From NCBI GenBank assembly GCA_964423345.1, contig CAYREV010000007.1, positions 23,912 through 87,911 of the forward strand: a DNA stretch of 64,000 bases. The letters are read 5' to 3'. A model generated the notes under the pieces. That model was not told the DNA's origin. It did no database searches and saw nothing but the letters and a program-made list of their open reading frames with translations. Both the position numbers and the translations under genes were made by a program. Origin of the DNA: an uncultured Balneolaceae bacterium. GTDB taxonomy: Bacteria; Bacteroidota; Rhodothermia; Balneolales; Balneolaceae. This document shows positions 34,119-42,639 of the stretch, in pieces (positions within the stretch are counted from its first letter, which is position 1; each line of letters opens with the position of its first letter).

Positions 34119-35714
34119 TTAAAACCAGGTTTTTTTCAGGTCTTTCAATATCACACGGGCCGCGTTCAGGCCGGCCGCTCCAAAAACACCTCCCCCCGGG
34201 TGGCAGGAGGCCGACGACAAATATAAGTTTTCAATCGGAGTCTTATACCGGCTCATCTCGGGTATAGGCCTGAACATAAACATTTGATCGAAACTCATCT
34301 CCACATGCATCACATTCCCCTTTGGCATCCCGTGCTTGCGTTCGATATCGAGAGGCGACTGTATATACCAGTCGATAAGCTTGCCTTCCATATTGGGGGC
34401 GTAACGGCATACCACTTCATATATCCTGCGGGCTTCCCGTTCCCGGATATCGTCCCAGTGAAGGCCCTCCTGCAACTCATAGGGATGCCACTGCGCCCAG
34501 GCGTAAAGGGTATGGCCCCCGTCGGGTACCATCTCAGGGTCAATAGCCGAAAAGGTCATGGCCAGGACGGCCGGCTTTTCGGGCGGTTTCTTCTGCATAT
34601 AATCGCCGATGGCATTCCTCATATACTGAACCGAGGGTGCCAAAAGCTGCATGCCGTTATGAATATACGGATCTTCCGGACAGGCGCTATACCGTGGGAG
34701 CTCTTCGACAGCACAGCGAATAACCATCCCGAAACCGTTGCCAACATTAATATTTTCAATTTTTTTATACATGCCGGCCTCCAGGTGCTCCCGTCCCACC
34801 AGCTTCATCATGGTAGTCTGCACATGGGCGTTTGAGACGATGGTCTCCGACCGGTATTCCTCCCCATCCCCGGTCCTCACTCCTATGGCCGATCCGTTGG
34901 CCACCATGATATTTTCCACAGGTGCCCCCGTAACAATCCGCCCTCCATGTGCCTCCAGAAAATTTGCCAGGGCCCGGCTAAGCATACCGCTGCCACCCTC
35001 CGGGTGAGCGGCACCGCTTTGGTGAAGCATGGATTGCCACCCGGCAAAATCACCGGTGGCGGGATGGTCGGGAGTGGGCCCCGACTGGGCGGCAAACCAC
35101 ATGATGGCTGCCTTGAGATGTGGGTTTTCAAAAGCGTCGTCCACCACTTTCCCATAACTGCTCAATATCTTCTGCAAGCCCGCCGACTGCTCCCCCTTTT
35201 GGAACATTCCCCCTTCCCGTATCTGTCCCCTGGCCAGTTCGGTAACGATATTCCTGCCGCTGGGCGGTACCAGGAAAGACTTAAGCACGCCCCTGTTGAT
35301 CCTTGTCCAAAAATCAACAAAATCACGATAGTTGCCCACATCTTCAGGAGCTACTCCCGCAATGGACTCCAGGGTCCTTTCCAGATCCTTGAAAAAATGT
35401 ATGACTCCTTCCCCTTCAGGCACCGGATACGACATGACCGGGTCCATCTCAATGTAGTTCAATCCATATTCCTCCAGCTTCAGATCTTCAATGATATCCG
35501 TCTGGTGTATCATTATATGGACCGACGATCCCACATCCATACGGAATCCCCCCGGATACTTTTCAGACTTGAACATGGTCTCCGTACTCACCGCACCGCC
35601 TATATCCTCGCGCCGTTCCAGAACACATACCGAGTACCCTTCCCGTGCCAGATAACAGGCTGTTACCAAGCCGTTATGGCCGGAACCTATAAGGATTATA
35701 TCGTATTTATTCAT
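34119..35714 (-). CDS. FAD-dependent oxidoreductase of the phytoene desaturase (CrtI-like) family
   Basis: 'YDIILIGSGHNGLVTACYLAREGYSVCVLERREDIGGA' dinucleotide-binding fold; 531 aa; C-terminal 'LYLSSASCHPGGGVFGAAG'. Confidence 0.8.
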   Translation of the reverse strand: MNKYDIILIGSGHNGLVTACYLAREGYSVCVLERREDIGGAVSTETMFKSEKYPGGFRMDVGSSVHIMIHQTDIIEDLKLEEYGLNYIEMDPVMSYPVPEGEGVIHFFKDLERTLESIAGVAPEDVGNYRDFVDFWTRINRGVLKSFLVPPSGRNIVTELARGQIREGGMFQKGEQSAGLQKILSSYGKVVDDAFENPHLKAAIMWFAAQSGPTPDHPATGDFAGWQSMLHQSGAAHPEGGSGMLSRALANFLEAHGGRIVTGAPVENIMVANGSAIGVRTGDGEEYRSETIVSNAHVQTTMMKLVGREHLEAGMYKKIENINVGNGFGMVIRCAVEELPRYSACPEDPYIHNGMQLLAPSVQYMRNAIGDYMQKKPPEKPAVLAMTFSAIDPEMVPDGGHTLYAWAQWHPYELQEGLHWDDIREREARRIYEVVCRYAPNMEGKLIDWYIQSPLDIERKHGMPKGNVMHVEMSFDQMFMFRPIPEMSRYKTPIENLYLSSASCHPGGGVFGAAGLNAARVILKDLKKTWF

Positions 35715-35754
35715 TGTTAAAGACTATGGCATTTTATAACATGCGGTCGGCCAA

Positions 35755-35831
35755 GGAGTCTGTCGGACTTAGCTAAAACTACTGCAAAAGCGTCATATTT
35801 TCGTAACGATTTCCTAAGTCCGAAAGACTCC
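35755..35831. repeat. Long inverted repeat (18-bp arms, one mismatch, 41-nt loop) in a divergent intergenic region
   Basis: GGAGTCTGTCGGACTTAG (35755-35772) pairs with CTAAGTCCGAAAGACTCC (35814-35831). It lies between the oxidoreductase start (35714) and the sppA start (35891). Confidence 0.6.
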
Positions 35832-35890
35832 AAGGTACACTTATTAAACAGGCAACGTTCAATTTTAGAAATTTTAAACCCCACTTCAGA

Positions 35891-37681
35891 ATGAAATTTT
35901 TTCAAAACCTGGTAGCTGCCACCCTGGGAACTCTCATAGCCCTCTTCCTGGTGTTCATTGTTCTCTTTATAACCCTGGCCAGCAGCACCGGAGAACCCGA
36001 ACCCTACATACGGGAAAATACGGTCCTTAAAATTGATATAAGCGGCAATCTCCCCGCTCAGTCTACAAAAGACCCGCTCGAAGAGCTGTTCAACCGCGGC
36101 AGGTATAATAAGGTGTCGCTTGAAACATTAAAAGAGAACCTGGCAAAAGCCAAAAGCCATGAGAGGGTAAAAGGGGTTTGGCTGGAGATCGACTTCGTTA
36201 CCGAGGGATGGGCTAATCTTGAGGAGGCCCACCGCATGATCAAGGCTTTCAGGGACAGCACCGATAAATTTGTATATGCCAGCACCAACGATTTGGGATT
36301 CAACGAGCAGGGGTATTACCTGGCAACGGCTTCCGACTCGATATTTTCTCCTCCCGAATCATTTTTTGAATTCGACGGCTTCTTTACCCAGGTCGCATTT
36401 TACAAGGGACTATTTGACAAAATAGGCATAGATGCCAATATAGCGAGGGTCGGCAAATATAAAAGCGCCGTGGAGCCATACATGCGCAAAGAATTCTCCG
36501 AAGAAAGCAAGCTGCAGCTCTCGGCCCTCATCGACCAAAGCACCTCTACCTTCATGGAGGCAGTAAGCCGAAAAACCGGCTTGAGCACTTCTCACATCAA
36601 TAGCCTGATGAGTGACAGTCCCCGGCTTCTGGCCGGCTTTGGCTATGAAAATGGCCTTATCGACTCACTGATGTATACCGATGAAGTGGAACAGCAAATC
36701 AAAAAGAGGATAGGCATTAAAGAGAATGCTGATCTCAAAACAGTATCCAATGCCAGGTACGCCAGGGTGACGAGGCAAAGTGCCGGCTTAAAAAGCGGTG
36801 ACGATAGCAATAAAATTGCCGTTATCTATGCTGACGGGCCCATACTGCCCGAAATGAACGGTGGTAACCCATTCGACAAACAGCAATATATAACCACCGC
36901 TTTCTTCGATGAACAGCTTGGTGAGATCCGGGAGGACGACCGGATCAAGGCATTGGTCGTCCGGGTCAACAGCCCGGGAGGTTCGGGCAGCACCTCCGAT
37001 GCCATACTCAGAATGCTTAAAGAGGTCAAAAAGGATATGCCCGTGATTGTATCCATGGGGCCCGTGGCCGCATCGGGGGGATACTACATTTCCATGGAAG
37101 CCGACACTATTGTGGCCTCCCCCACAACCATAACCGGATCCATTGGAGTCTTTGCGACAAAATTCAACACCAAGCAACTCTTTAACGAGGAATTGGGCAT
37201 TACCTTCGACGAGGTGAAGTCGCACCCCCATGCAGGCTGGCTGTTGCCAACCACCGATTTTACTCCTTCCGAGGAAAAGGCGTTCAACCAATTTGTTGAA
37301 ACGTTTTATGACACCTTTATAGGCAAGGTGGCCGATGCCCGCGGGCTCAGCAGGCAACAGGTGCATGAGGTAGCCCAGGGTCGGGTATGGACCGGTGAAG
37401 CGGCCTTAAACCATAACCTTGTGGACGTGCTGGGCGGTCTGGATAAGGCGATGGAGATTGCAGCCGAAAAAGCCGAACTGAAAGAGTATGCCATAGAAAC
37501 CTATCCAAAGCGAAAAGATATTTATGAGTTGCTGATGGGATCTGCCGAAATGAAAGCCCGATCTTTCTTAGGGGACCGTTGGTTCTTCAACTCCCAACTG
37601 GAGCAAGCAAGCCGAACCCTCTCCATACTGAAAAGGAAAGGGCCGCTTGCTTATTTCCCTTACGAAATCACCATACAATAG
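35891..37681 (+). CDS. sppA: Signal peptide peptidase SppA (67K type, two S49 domains)
   Basis: 596 aa. N-terminal TM, 'VVRVNSPGGSGSTSDAI', 'MGPVAASGGYYISMEAD', 'TGSIGVF'. Confidence 0.85.
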   Translation: MKFFQNLVAATLGTLIALFLVFIVLFITLASSTGEPEPYIRENTVLKIDISGNLPAQSTKDPLEELFNRGRYNKVSLETLKENLAKAKSHERVKGVWLEIDFVTEGWANLEEAHRMIKAFRDSTDKFVYASTNDLGFNEQGYYLATASDSIFSPPESFFEFDGFFTQVAFYKGLFDKIGIDANIARVGKYKSAVEPYMRKEFSEESKLQLSALIDQSTSTFMEAVSRKTGLSTSHINSLMSDSPRLLAGFGYENGLIDSLMYTDEVEQQIKKRIGIKENADLKTVSNARYARVTRQSAGLKSGDDSNKIAVIYADGPILPEMNGGNPFDKQQYITTAFFDEQLGEIREDDRIKALVVRVNSPGGSGSTSDAILRMLKEVKKDMPVIVSMGPVAASGGYYISMEADTIVASPTTITGSIGVFATKFNTKQLFNEELGITFDEVKSHPHAGWLLPTTDFTPSEEKAFNQFVETFYDTFIGKVADARGLSRQQVHEVAQGRVWTGEAALNHNLVDVLGGLDKAMEIAAEKAELKEYAIETYPKRKDIYELLMGSAEMKARSFLGDRWFFNSQLEQASRTLSILKRKGPLAYFPYEITIQ

Positions 37682-37683
37682 CC

Positions 37684-38529
37684 ATGGAATTGGGACGGTT
37701 TCATATCGAGCAATTGAGCGAGGGACAGTTCGAATTTTTTTCGGACGGGACGGTTCACCGAAAGCCCGTGGATGAGTCGGCCGATCCCCGCCCCTCCCTG
37801 TCGGGCAAACGCAATTCCGCCCTGATAGGTATCAACCCCATATTGATAAGCAATGGCGAGGATAACATCCTGCTCGATACCGGATTGGGCTGGGGACTCG
37901 ATGCCGGTAGCGGCTACGATGACATATCCAATGTAGTTACCAACCTCGACATATTTGATATCGATCCCGAAGCGGTTTCCCATGTGGTGCTGACGCATCT
38001 TCACTATGACCATGCCGCAGGCTCTTCATTTACCGACGCCTCCTCCGCCACCCGTCCCACCTTCCCCAACGCCACCTATTATGTACAGAAAAGGGAATGG
38101 GATTATGCACTGGAACAGGTGGAGTCGGGCATGGATATCAAGGGAATAGGATACCGGCTGGACGACTTCTACCGGCTGGTGGCAGACGGACGCGTGGAAT
38201 TCATCACGGAAGATTTCATGACCCTGACGGAAGGGGTGGAAGTAATGTGGACCGGGGGCCATACACCGGGGCACCAGGCCGTTCGCATCCGGGACCAGGG
38301 CAAGACTGCATTTTACCTGGGGGAGCTGCTGCCGAACGAATCTCACCTTAACCGGTATGCCATGCGCCAGATGGATGTACACCCGCTGCAGGCCAAAAAA
38401 ATGAAAATACAGTTATTGAAATCGGCTTATGAAAGCAAGGCGGTACTGTTCTTCTATCATTCGCTCTTTTCTAAAGTGGGTCGGCTGGAAAAGGATCAGA
38501 AAAGGTATGTGCTGAAAGAGCTGAACTAG
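37684..38529 (+). CDS. MBL-fold metallo-hydrolase
   Basis: 'VVLTHLHYDHAAG' (HxHxDH). I chose the ATG at 37684 ('MELGRFHIEQL') instead of the track start 37579, which overlaps sppA by about 100 nt. Confidence 0.8.
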   Translation: MELGRFHIEQLSEGQFEFFSDGTVHRKPVDESADPRPSLSGKRNSALIGINPILISNGEDNILLDTGLGWGLDAGSGYDDISNVVTNLDIFDIDPEAVSHVVLTHLHYDHAAGSSFTDASSATRPTFPNATYYVQKREWDYALEQVESGMDIKGIGYRLDDFYRLVADGRVEFITEDFMTLTEGVEVMWTGGHTPGHQAVRIRDQGKTAFYLGELLPNESHLNRYAMRQMDVHPLQAKKMKIQLLKSAYESKAVLFFYHSLFSKVGRLEKDQKRYVLKELN

Positions 38530-38530
38530 T

Positions 38531-40054
38531 TCACTCCTTGTTCATTGATATCAGAAACTCCTCGTTCGACTTCGTTCCCTTCATCTTGTTGAGAAGAAAC
38601 TCCATCGCTTCAAATGCATTCATCCTGTTCAGGTAACGGCGCAACAGTACCACCTTCTCTCTTTCTTCATCGGGTACGATAAGCTCCTCGCGCCGCGTTC
38701 CGCTTTTAAAGATATCCATTGCCGGAAATATACGACGATCGGCCAGGTTACGGTTCAGCACTACCTCCATATTACCGGTACCTTTGAACTCCTCGAAAAT
38801 GAGATCGTCCATTCGCGAGCCTGTCTGCACCAGTGCGGTAGCCAGGATAGAAAGGCTCCCCCCATTTTCAATATTACGGGCCGAGCTGAACAGCTGCCGG
38901 GGTGCTTTCAGCGCTTCCGAATCGATACCGCCCGACATCGTTCGGCCGGAACTCGGTGCACAAATGTTATAGGCCCTGGCAAGGCGTGTAATAGAATCCA
39001 TCAGCAGCAAGACATCATGGCCGCTCTCCACAAGGCGCTTGGCCTTTTCAAAAACAATCTCGGATAGGCCCACATGGTTTTCGGGGCGTTCATCAAATGT
39101 GGAAGCAACCACTTCCGCATTATCTACGTTACGCTCCATTTCGGTTACTTCTTCAGGCCGTTCGTCAATCAGTAGAATAATTACTTTCGTATTGGGATTA
39201 TTCTCGTTTACTGCGTTTGCTATATTACGGAGAATGGTTGTTTTTCCCGTCTTGGGTTGCGCTACAATCAACCCGCGCTGCCCTTTCCCCAGAGGGGCAA
39301 AGAGGTTTATAATACGCGTGGTATACTCATTGGCCCTGTGCTCGAGGTTAAACCGTTCTTCGGGATAGATTGGCAGAAGGTCCTCAAAATCCTCCCTGTT
39401 ATCCATGTCATGCGGTATCTTTCCATTCACACCGTCTACCCTCAAAAGGGCAAAATACCGCTCCCCTACTTTCGGGGGCCTGATTATACCGATGACGCAA
39501 TCACCCTGTTTCAGCCGGAAACGCTTGATTTGCGAAGGCGACACATAAATGTCGTCCGGACTGGCCTTATAGTTATAATTTACCGAACGCAGGAAGCCGT
39601 AACCGTCAGGAAGTATTTCAAGTGTACCCTCCTGTATCAGGTAAGGTCCCAGTCCCGGCTCGATTTCTTCCAGGCGCTCTTCCAGGGTAGGGGCTTCCGA
39701 TTCAGGCAGGATATCGTGAACGCTTTTTTTCTTCTTACCCTTCTTTTTTCCTCCCTTGCCGGATGAACCGGAACGGCGGGAACGAGTATTCCTGGAATCT
39801 GAATCATTATTTTCGGTCTGGTAGGGTTGGGTATGCTGGGTATTATCCTGCTGCCTTCCTTCATCATCAGCTTCAGAAGAGTCCTTATTCTCCTCGCCAA
39901 CCGTCTTACGAATCTTTTCAATAAGTTCGTTTTTACGAAGTCCTCCAGGCTTTAACCCCTGCTTCCGGGCAATTTTTTGAAGCTCGCTAACCTTCTTCTT
40001 GGAGAGCGAGTCTATATCTTCAATGGTTACACCATCGGTTTGGTTATCCGACAT
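38531..40054 (-). CDS. rho: Transcription termination factor Rho with low-complexity N-terminal insertion
   Basis: '[23 protein letters not shown]' Walker A, '[12 protein letters not shown]', '[14 protein letters not shown]', '[21 protein letters not shown]'. A D/S/R/K-rich insert spans about residues 50-115. Confidence 0.95.
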   Translation of the reverse strand: MSDNQTDGVTIEDIDSLSKKKVSELQKIARKQGLKPGGLRKNELIEKIRKTVGEENKDSSEADDEGRQQDNTQHTQPYQTENNDSDSRNTRSRRSGSSGKGGKKKGKKKKSVHDILPESEAPTLEERLEEIEPGLGPYLIQEGTLEILPDGYGFLRSVNYNYKASPDDIYVSPSQIKRFRLKQGDCVIGIIRPPKVGERYFALLRVDGVNGKIPHDMDNREDFEDLLPIYPEERFNLEHRANEYTTRIINLFAPLGKGQRGLIVAQPKTGKTTILRNIANAVNENNPNTKVIILLIDERPEEVTEMERNVDNAEVVASTFDERPENHVGLSEIVFEKAKRLVESGHDVLLLMDSITRLARAYNICAPSSGRTMSGGIDSEALKAPRQLFSSARNIENGGSLSILATALVQTGSRMDDLIFEEFKGTGNMEVVLNRNLADRRIFPAMDIFKSGTRREELIVPDEEREKVVLLRRYLNRMNAFEAMEFLLNKMKGTKSNEEFLISMNKE

Positions 40055-40178
40055 AATGATCTAATGAATCCGTTTTATTGAGATGAATAAATAGTTCTAA
40101 GGTTCTAATATGACTCTAATAGGGAATTGATCTACACTGCTATCATAAAAAGGTGGAGAAAATCAGGGTAGATATGAC

Positions 40179-41477
40179 TCAACGGTTGTTAGCGGAAGAG
40201 ATTAACCAATCCTGAACCGTATCGTAAAAGTAAAAACTTCCTGCAAAAATTACTAATTCCGATTTAAATTCCTCAAAAAGCGACTGCCGTTCCGTGTCGC
40301 TCACCGGAAACTGCTTAACACCGGGTAATTCGCTCCTTACAGCCTCTATGCCGGCTGCCCGGGGTGAATCCATTCCATGATAAAATATTTTCTTGAATTC
40401 CGAAAATTCATTTAAAACCTCAGGGCTTACCTTGTCGCGCATCAGGGAAAGTACCAGTACGGCTTCCTCAACACTACCTACAGTATCTACCGACTTCATC
40501 ATGGCACGAACCGCCTGAAGGTTATGAGCCCCGTCAAAATACCAGCGGCGGCTTTTCACAAGCTTTTCAAAGCGGGCAGCCATGTTGAATTCCGCTACTC
40601 CGCGCCTGAAGTCCTCCCGGCAGACGGCAAAGGTGTTTCCCATTAAATTGCAGACATGCCAGGCCGCCGCAATGTTATTGGCCTGAATGGGATGGGCCAG
40701 CTTACTAGCCAAACGAATTACCTCCTCCCCGTATTGCAGCAGGAAACAGCCATTATCATACTGCGGGTTAAGGCTTTCTGCATATCTGACCGGTGCATTA
40801 CGCTCAGAGGCAATGCCTTCCAACACCTTTCGGGCCTCATCTCCCGTATTTCCCAGCACAAGAGGGATCCCTTCCTTTATGATTCCTCCCTTCTCAGCGG
40901 CAATATCGGGGATAGTGTCGCCCAGTATATCGGTATGATCCCTGGAAATGTTGGTTATAACCGCCACTTCCGGCCGAATAATATTGGTGGCATCCAGTCG
41001 TCCTCCCAAACCAACCTCTATAACGGCCAGGTCTACCTCTTGTCGGGAAAAATACCAGAAAGCTATTGCCGTACTCAACTCAAAATAACTCAGCTTAAAG
41101 CGACGGAGTTGTCTTTCTTGCTCCTTGAAAAAGGATAGCATCGCTTCATCAGTTATGGGATTCCCGCCTACCGTGATTCGCTCGTTGAACGAACGGATGT
41201 GGGGAGAGGTATAAACCCCCGCCTTGTAGCCGGCCTGCCGGTATACCGATCCCAGGATAGTACAGGTACTCCCCTTTCCGTTCGATCCTGCTACATGCAC
41301 CGCGGGAAACGCCTGCTGGGGATCCCCTATTGCCCTACAGAATGACCGAAAAGATTCCAGGTCAAATTTTGCGGCTTCCTTGCCGTCATGCTGGAAACGG
41401 GGCATGGCCTCCAGGTAAGCGTGTACGTCATTTATGGTATCGACAGCCTTCAAATTAAGTTCAGATTGCAATTTCAT
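40179..41477 (-). CDS. folC: Bifunctional folylpolyglutamate synthase / dihydrofolate synthase
   Basis: 'VHVAGSNGKGST' P-loop, 'AVIEVGLGGRLDATN', 'ITNISRDHTDILG'; 432 aa. Confidence 0.85.
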   Translation of the reverse strand: MKLQSELNLKAVDTINDVHAYLEAMPRFQHDGKEAAKFDLESFRSFCRAIGDPQQAFPAVHVAGSNGKGSTCTILGSVYRQAGYKAGVYTSPHIRSFNERITVGGNPITDEAMLSFFKEQERQLRRFKLSYFELSTAIAFWYFSRQEVDLAVIEVGLGGRLDATNIIRPEVAVITNISRDHTDILGDTIPDIAAEKGGIIKEGIPLVLGNTGDEARKVLEGIASERNAPVRYAESLNPQYDNGCFLLQYGEEVIRLASKLAHPIQANNIAAAWHVCNLMGNTFAVCREDFRRGVAEFNMAARFEKLVKSRRWYFDGAHNLQAVRAMMKSVDTVGSVEEAVLVLSLMRDKVSPEVLNEFSEFKKIFYHGMDSPRAAGIEAVRSELPGVKQFPVSDTERQSLFEEFKSELVIFAGSFYFYDTVQDWLISSANNR

Positions 41478-41533
41478 TCTTAGCTTTAAGGTGCTAACTT
41501 ACGAAAGTAATTAAAGTAGTATCCGTTCAATTT

Positions 41534-42616
41534 ATGATCTATAAAAAATTGCTGCGCCCCCTCCTGTTTCGCCTGGAGGCCGAAAAAGCCCATGAGGCCA
41601 CCTATCGTTTTGCTGAAACAGCCTCGCGAAACTCCTTTCTAAGACTGCTGGCCCGAACATTTTTAAGTTACCAGTCTCCTAAACTGTCCCAGGACATATG
41701 GGGCCTTCCCTTCAGGAATCCGGTCGGGCTTGCCGCCGGTTTCGACAAAAACGGAAAGATACCTGAGATTATGGAAGCCTCGGGCTTCGGTTTTGTTGAG
41801 GTTGGCAGCATTACGGCCAAGCCGAATACCGGAAATCCGCCTCCTCGTGTTTTTCGACTACCTGAAGACGAGGCCCTCATCAACCGCATGGGGCTTAACA
41901 ACGACGGGGCAAAAACCGTTGCAAAACGACTTAAAAATAAAAAAATATCCATCCCCCTCGGCATCAATATTGCCAAAACCCACGATCCCTCTATCATGGG
42001 AGATGAGGCCATAAGCGATTATATCTTTAGTTTCAGGGAGGCCCAGAAGGTAGCCGATTATGTGACCGTCAATATTTCCTGCCCCAACACCCGCGAAGGC
42101 AAGACATTCGAAGATCCCATGGTTCTCGACAAGCTGTTGACCGCTCTCAAGCTGCGCGACGATGCCAGCGTCAAGCCGACCCTGGTTAAATTCTCGCCCG
42201 ACATAGCACGCGACGAGCTACAAAAGCTGCTTGAAATATGTGAGCATCACCGTGTGCACGGCTATGTGGTTTCCAATACGACGGCTTCACGCGTCAACCT
42301 TTTAACAGAGGGTGATGAGCTCAAAAAAATAGGTGCCGGAGGCCTAAGCGGCCCCCTGCTTGCTTCCAAAAGCATTGAACGGATTCGCTGGATCAGCAAA
42401 GCCGTAAAAGGGCAGAAACCAATTATTGGTGTAGGCGGCATAAACTCTTTTGAAACGGCCCTGGAGATGATCAAAGCGGGGGCCGACCTTCTGCAGGTGT
42501 ATACCGGTCTCATTTATGAGGGTCCCGGCCTCGTCAAGCGGATAAACCGTGAGCTGGTGCGATACCTGAAAACGGAGGGGCTCGATTCCATCCACCAGAT
42601 CTCTAAACACAAGTAG
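41534..42616 (+). CDS. pyrD: Dihydroorotate dehydrogenase (quinone), class 2
   Basis: 'FRNPVGLAAGFDKNG', 'GFVEVGSIT', 'NISCPNT', 'GVGGI', 'LLQVYTGLIYEGPGLV'. Confidence 0.9.
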   Translation: MIYKKLLRPLLFRLEAEKAHEATYRFAETASRNSFLRLLARTFLSYQSPKLSQDIWGLPFRNPVGLAAGFDKNGKIPEIMEASGFGFVEVGSITAKPNTGNPPPRVFRLPEDEALINRMGLNNDGAKTVAKRLKNKKISIPLGINIAKTHDPSIMGDEAISDYIFSFREAQKVADYVTVNISCPNTREGKTFEDPMVLDKLLTALKLRDDASVKPTLVKFSPDIARDELQKLLEICEHHRVHGYVVSNTTASRVNLLTEGDELKKIGAGGLSGPLLASKSIERIRWISKAVKGQKPIIGVGGINSFETALEMIKAGADLLQVYTGLIYEGPGLVKRINRELVRYLKTEGLDSIHQISKHK

Positions 42617-42639
42617 GTTTTTCTTCCTGCTACAAGGCT

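Noticed and set aside
35717-35905. 62-aa minus-strand ORF spanning the oxidoreductase/sppA intergenic region.
   Set aside because: It overlaps the sppA start, is built across the long inverted repeat, and has no motif. It is more likely non-coding.
37579-37683. The upstream extension of the MBL-fold hydrolase ORF, which overlaps sppA by about 100 nt.
   Set aside because: The extension has no MBL-family similarity. An ATG at 37684, just after the sppA stop, gives a normal N-terminus.
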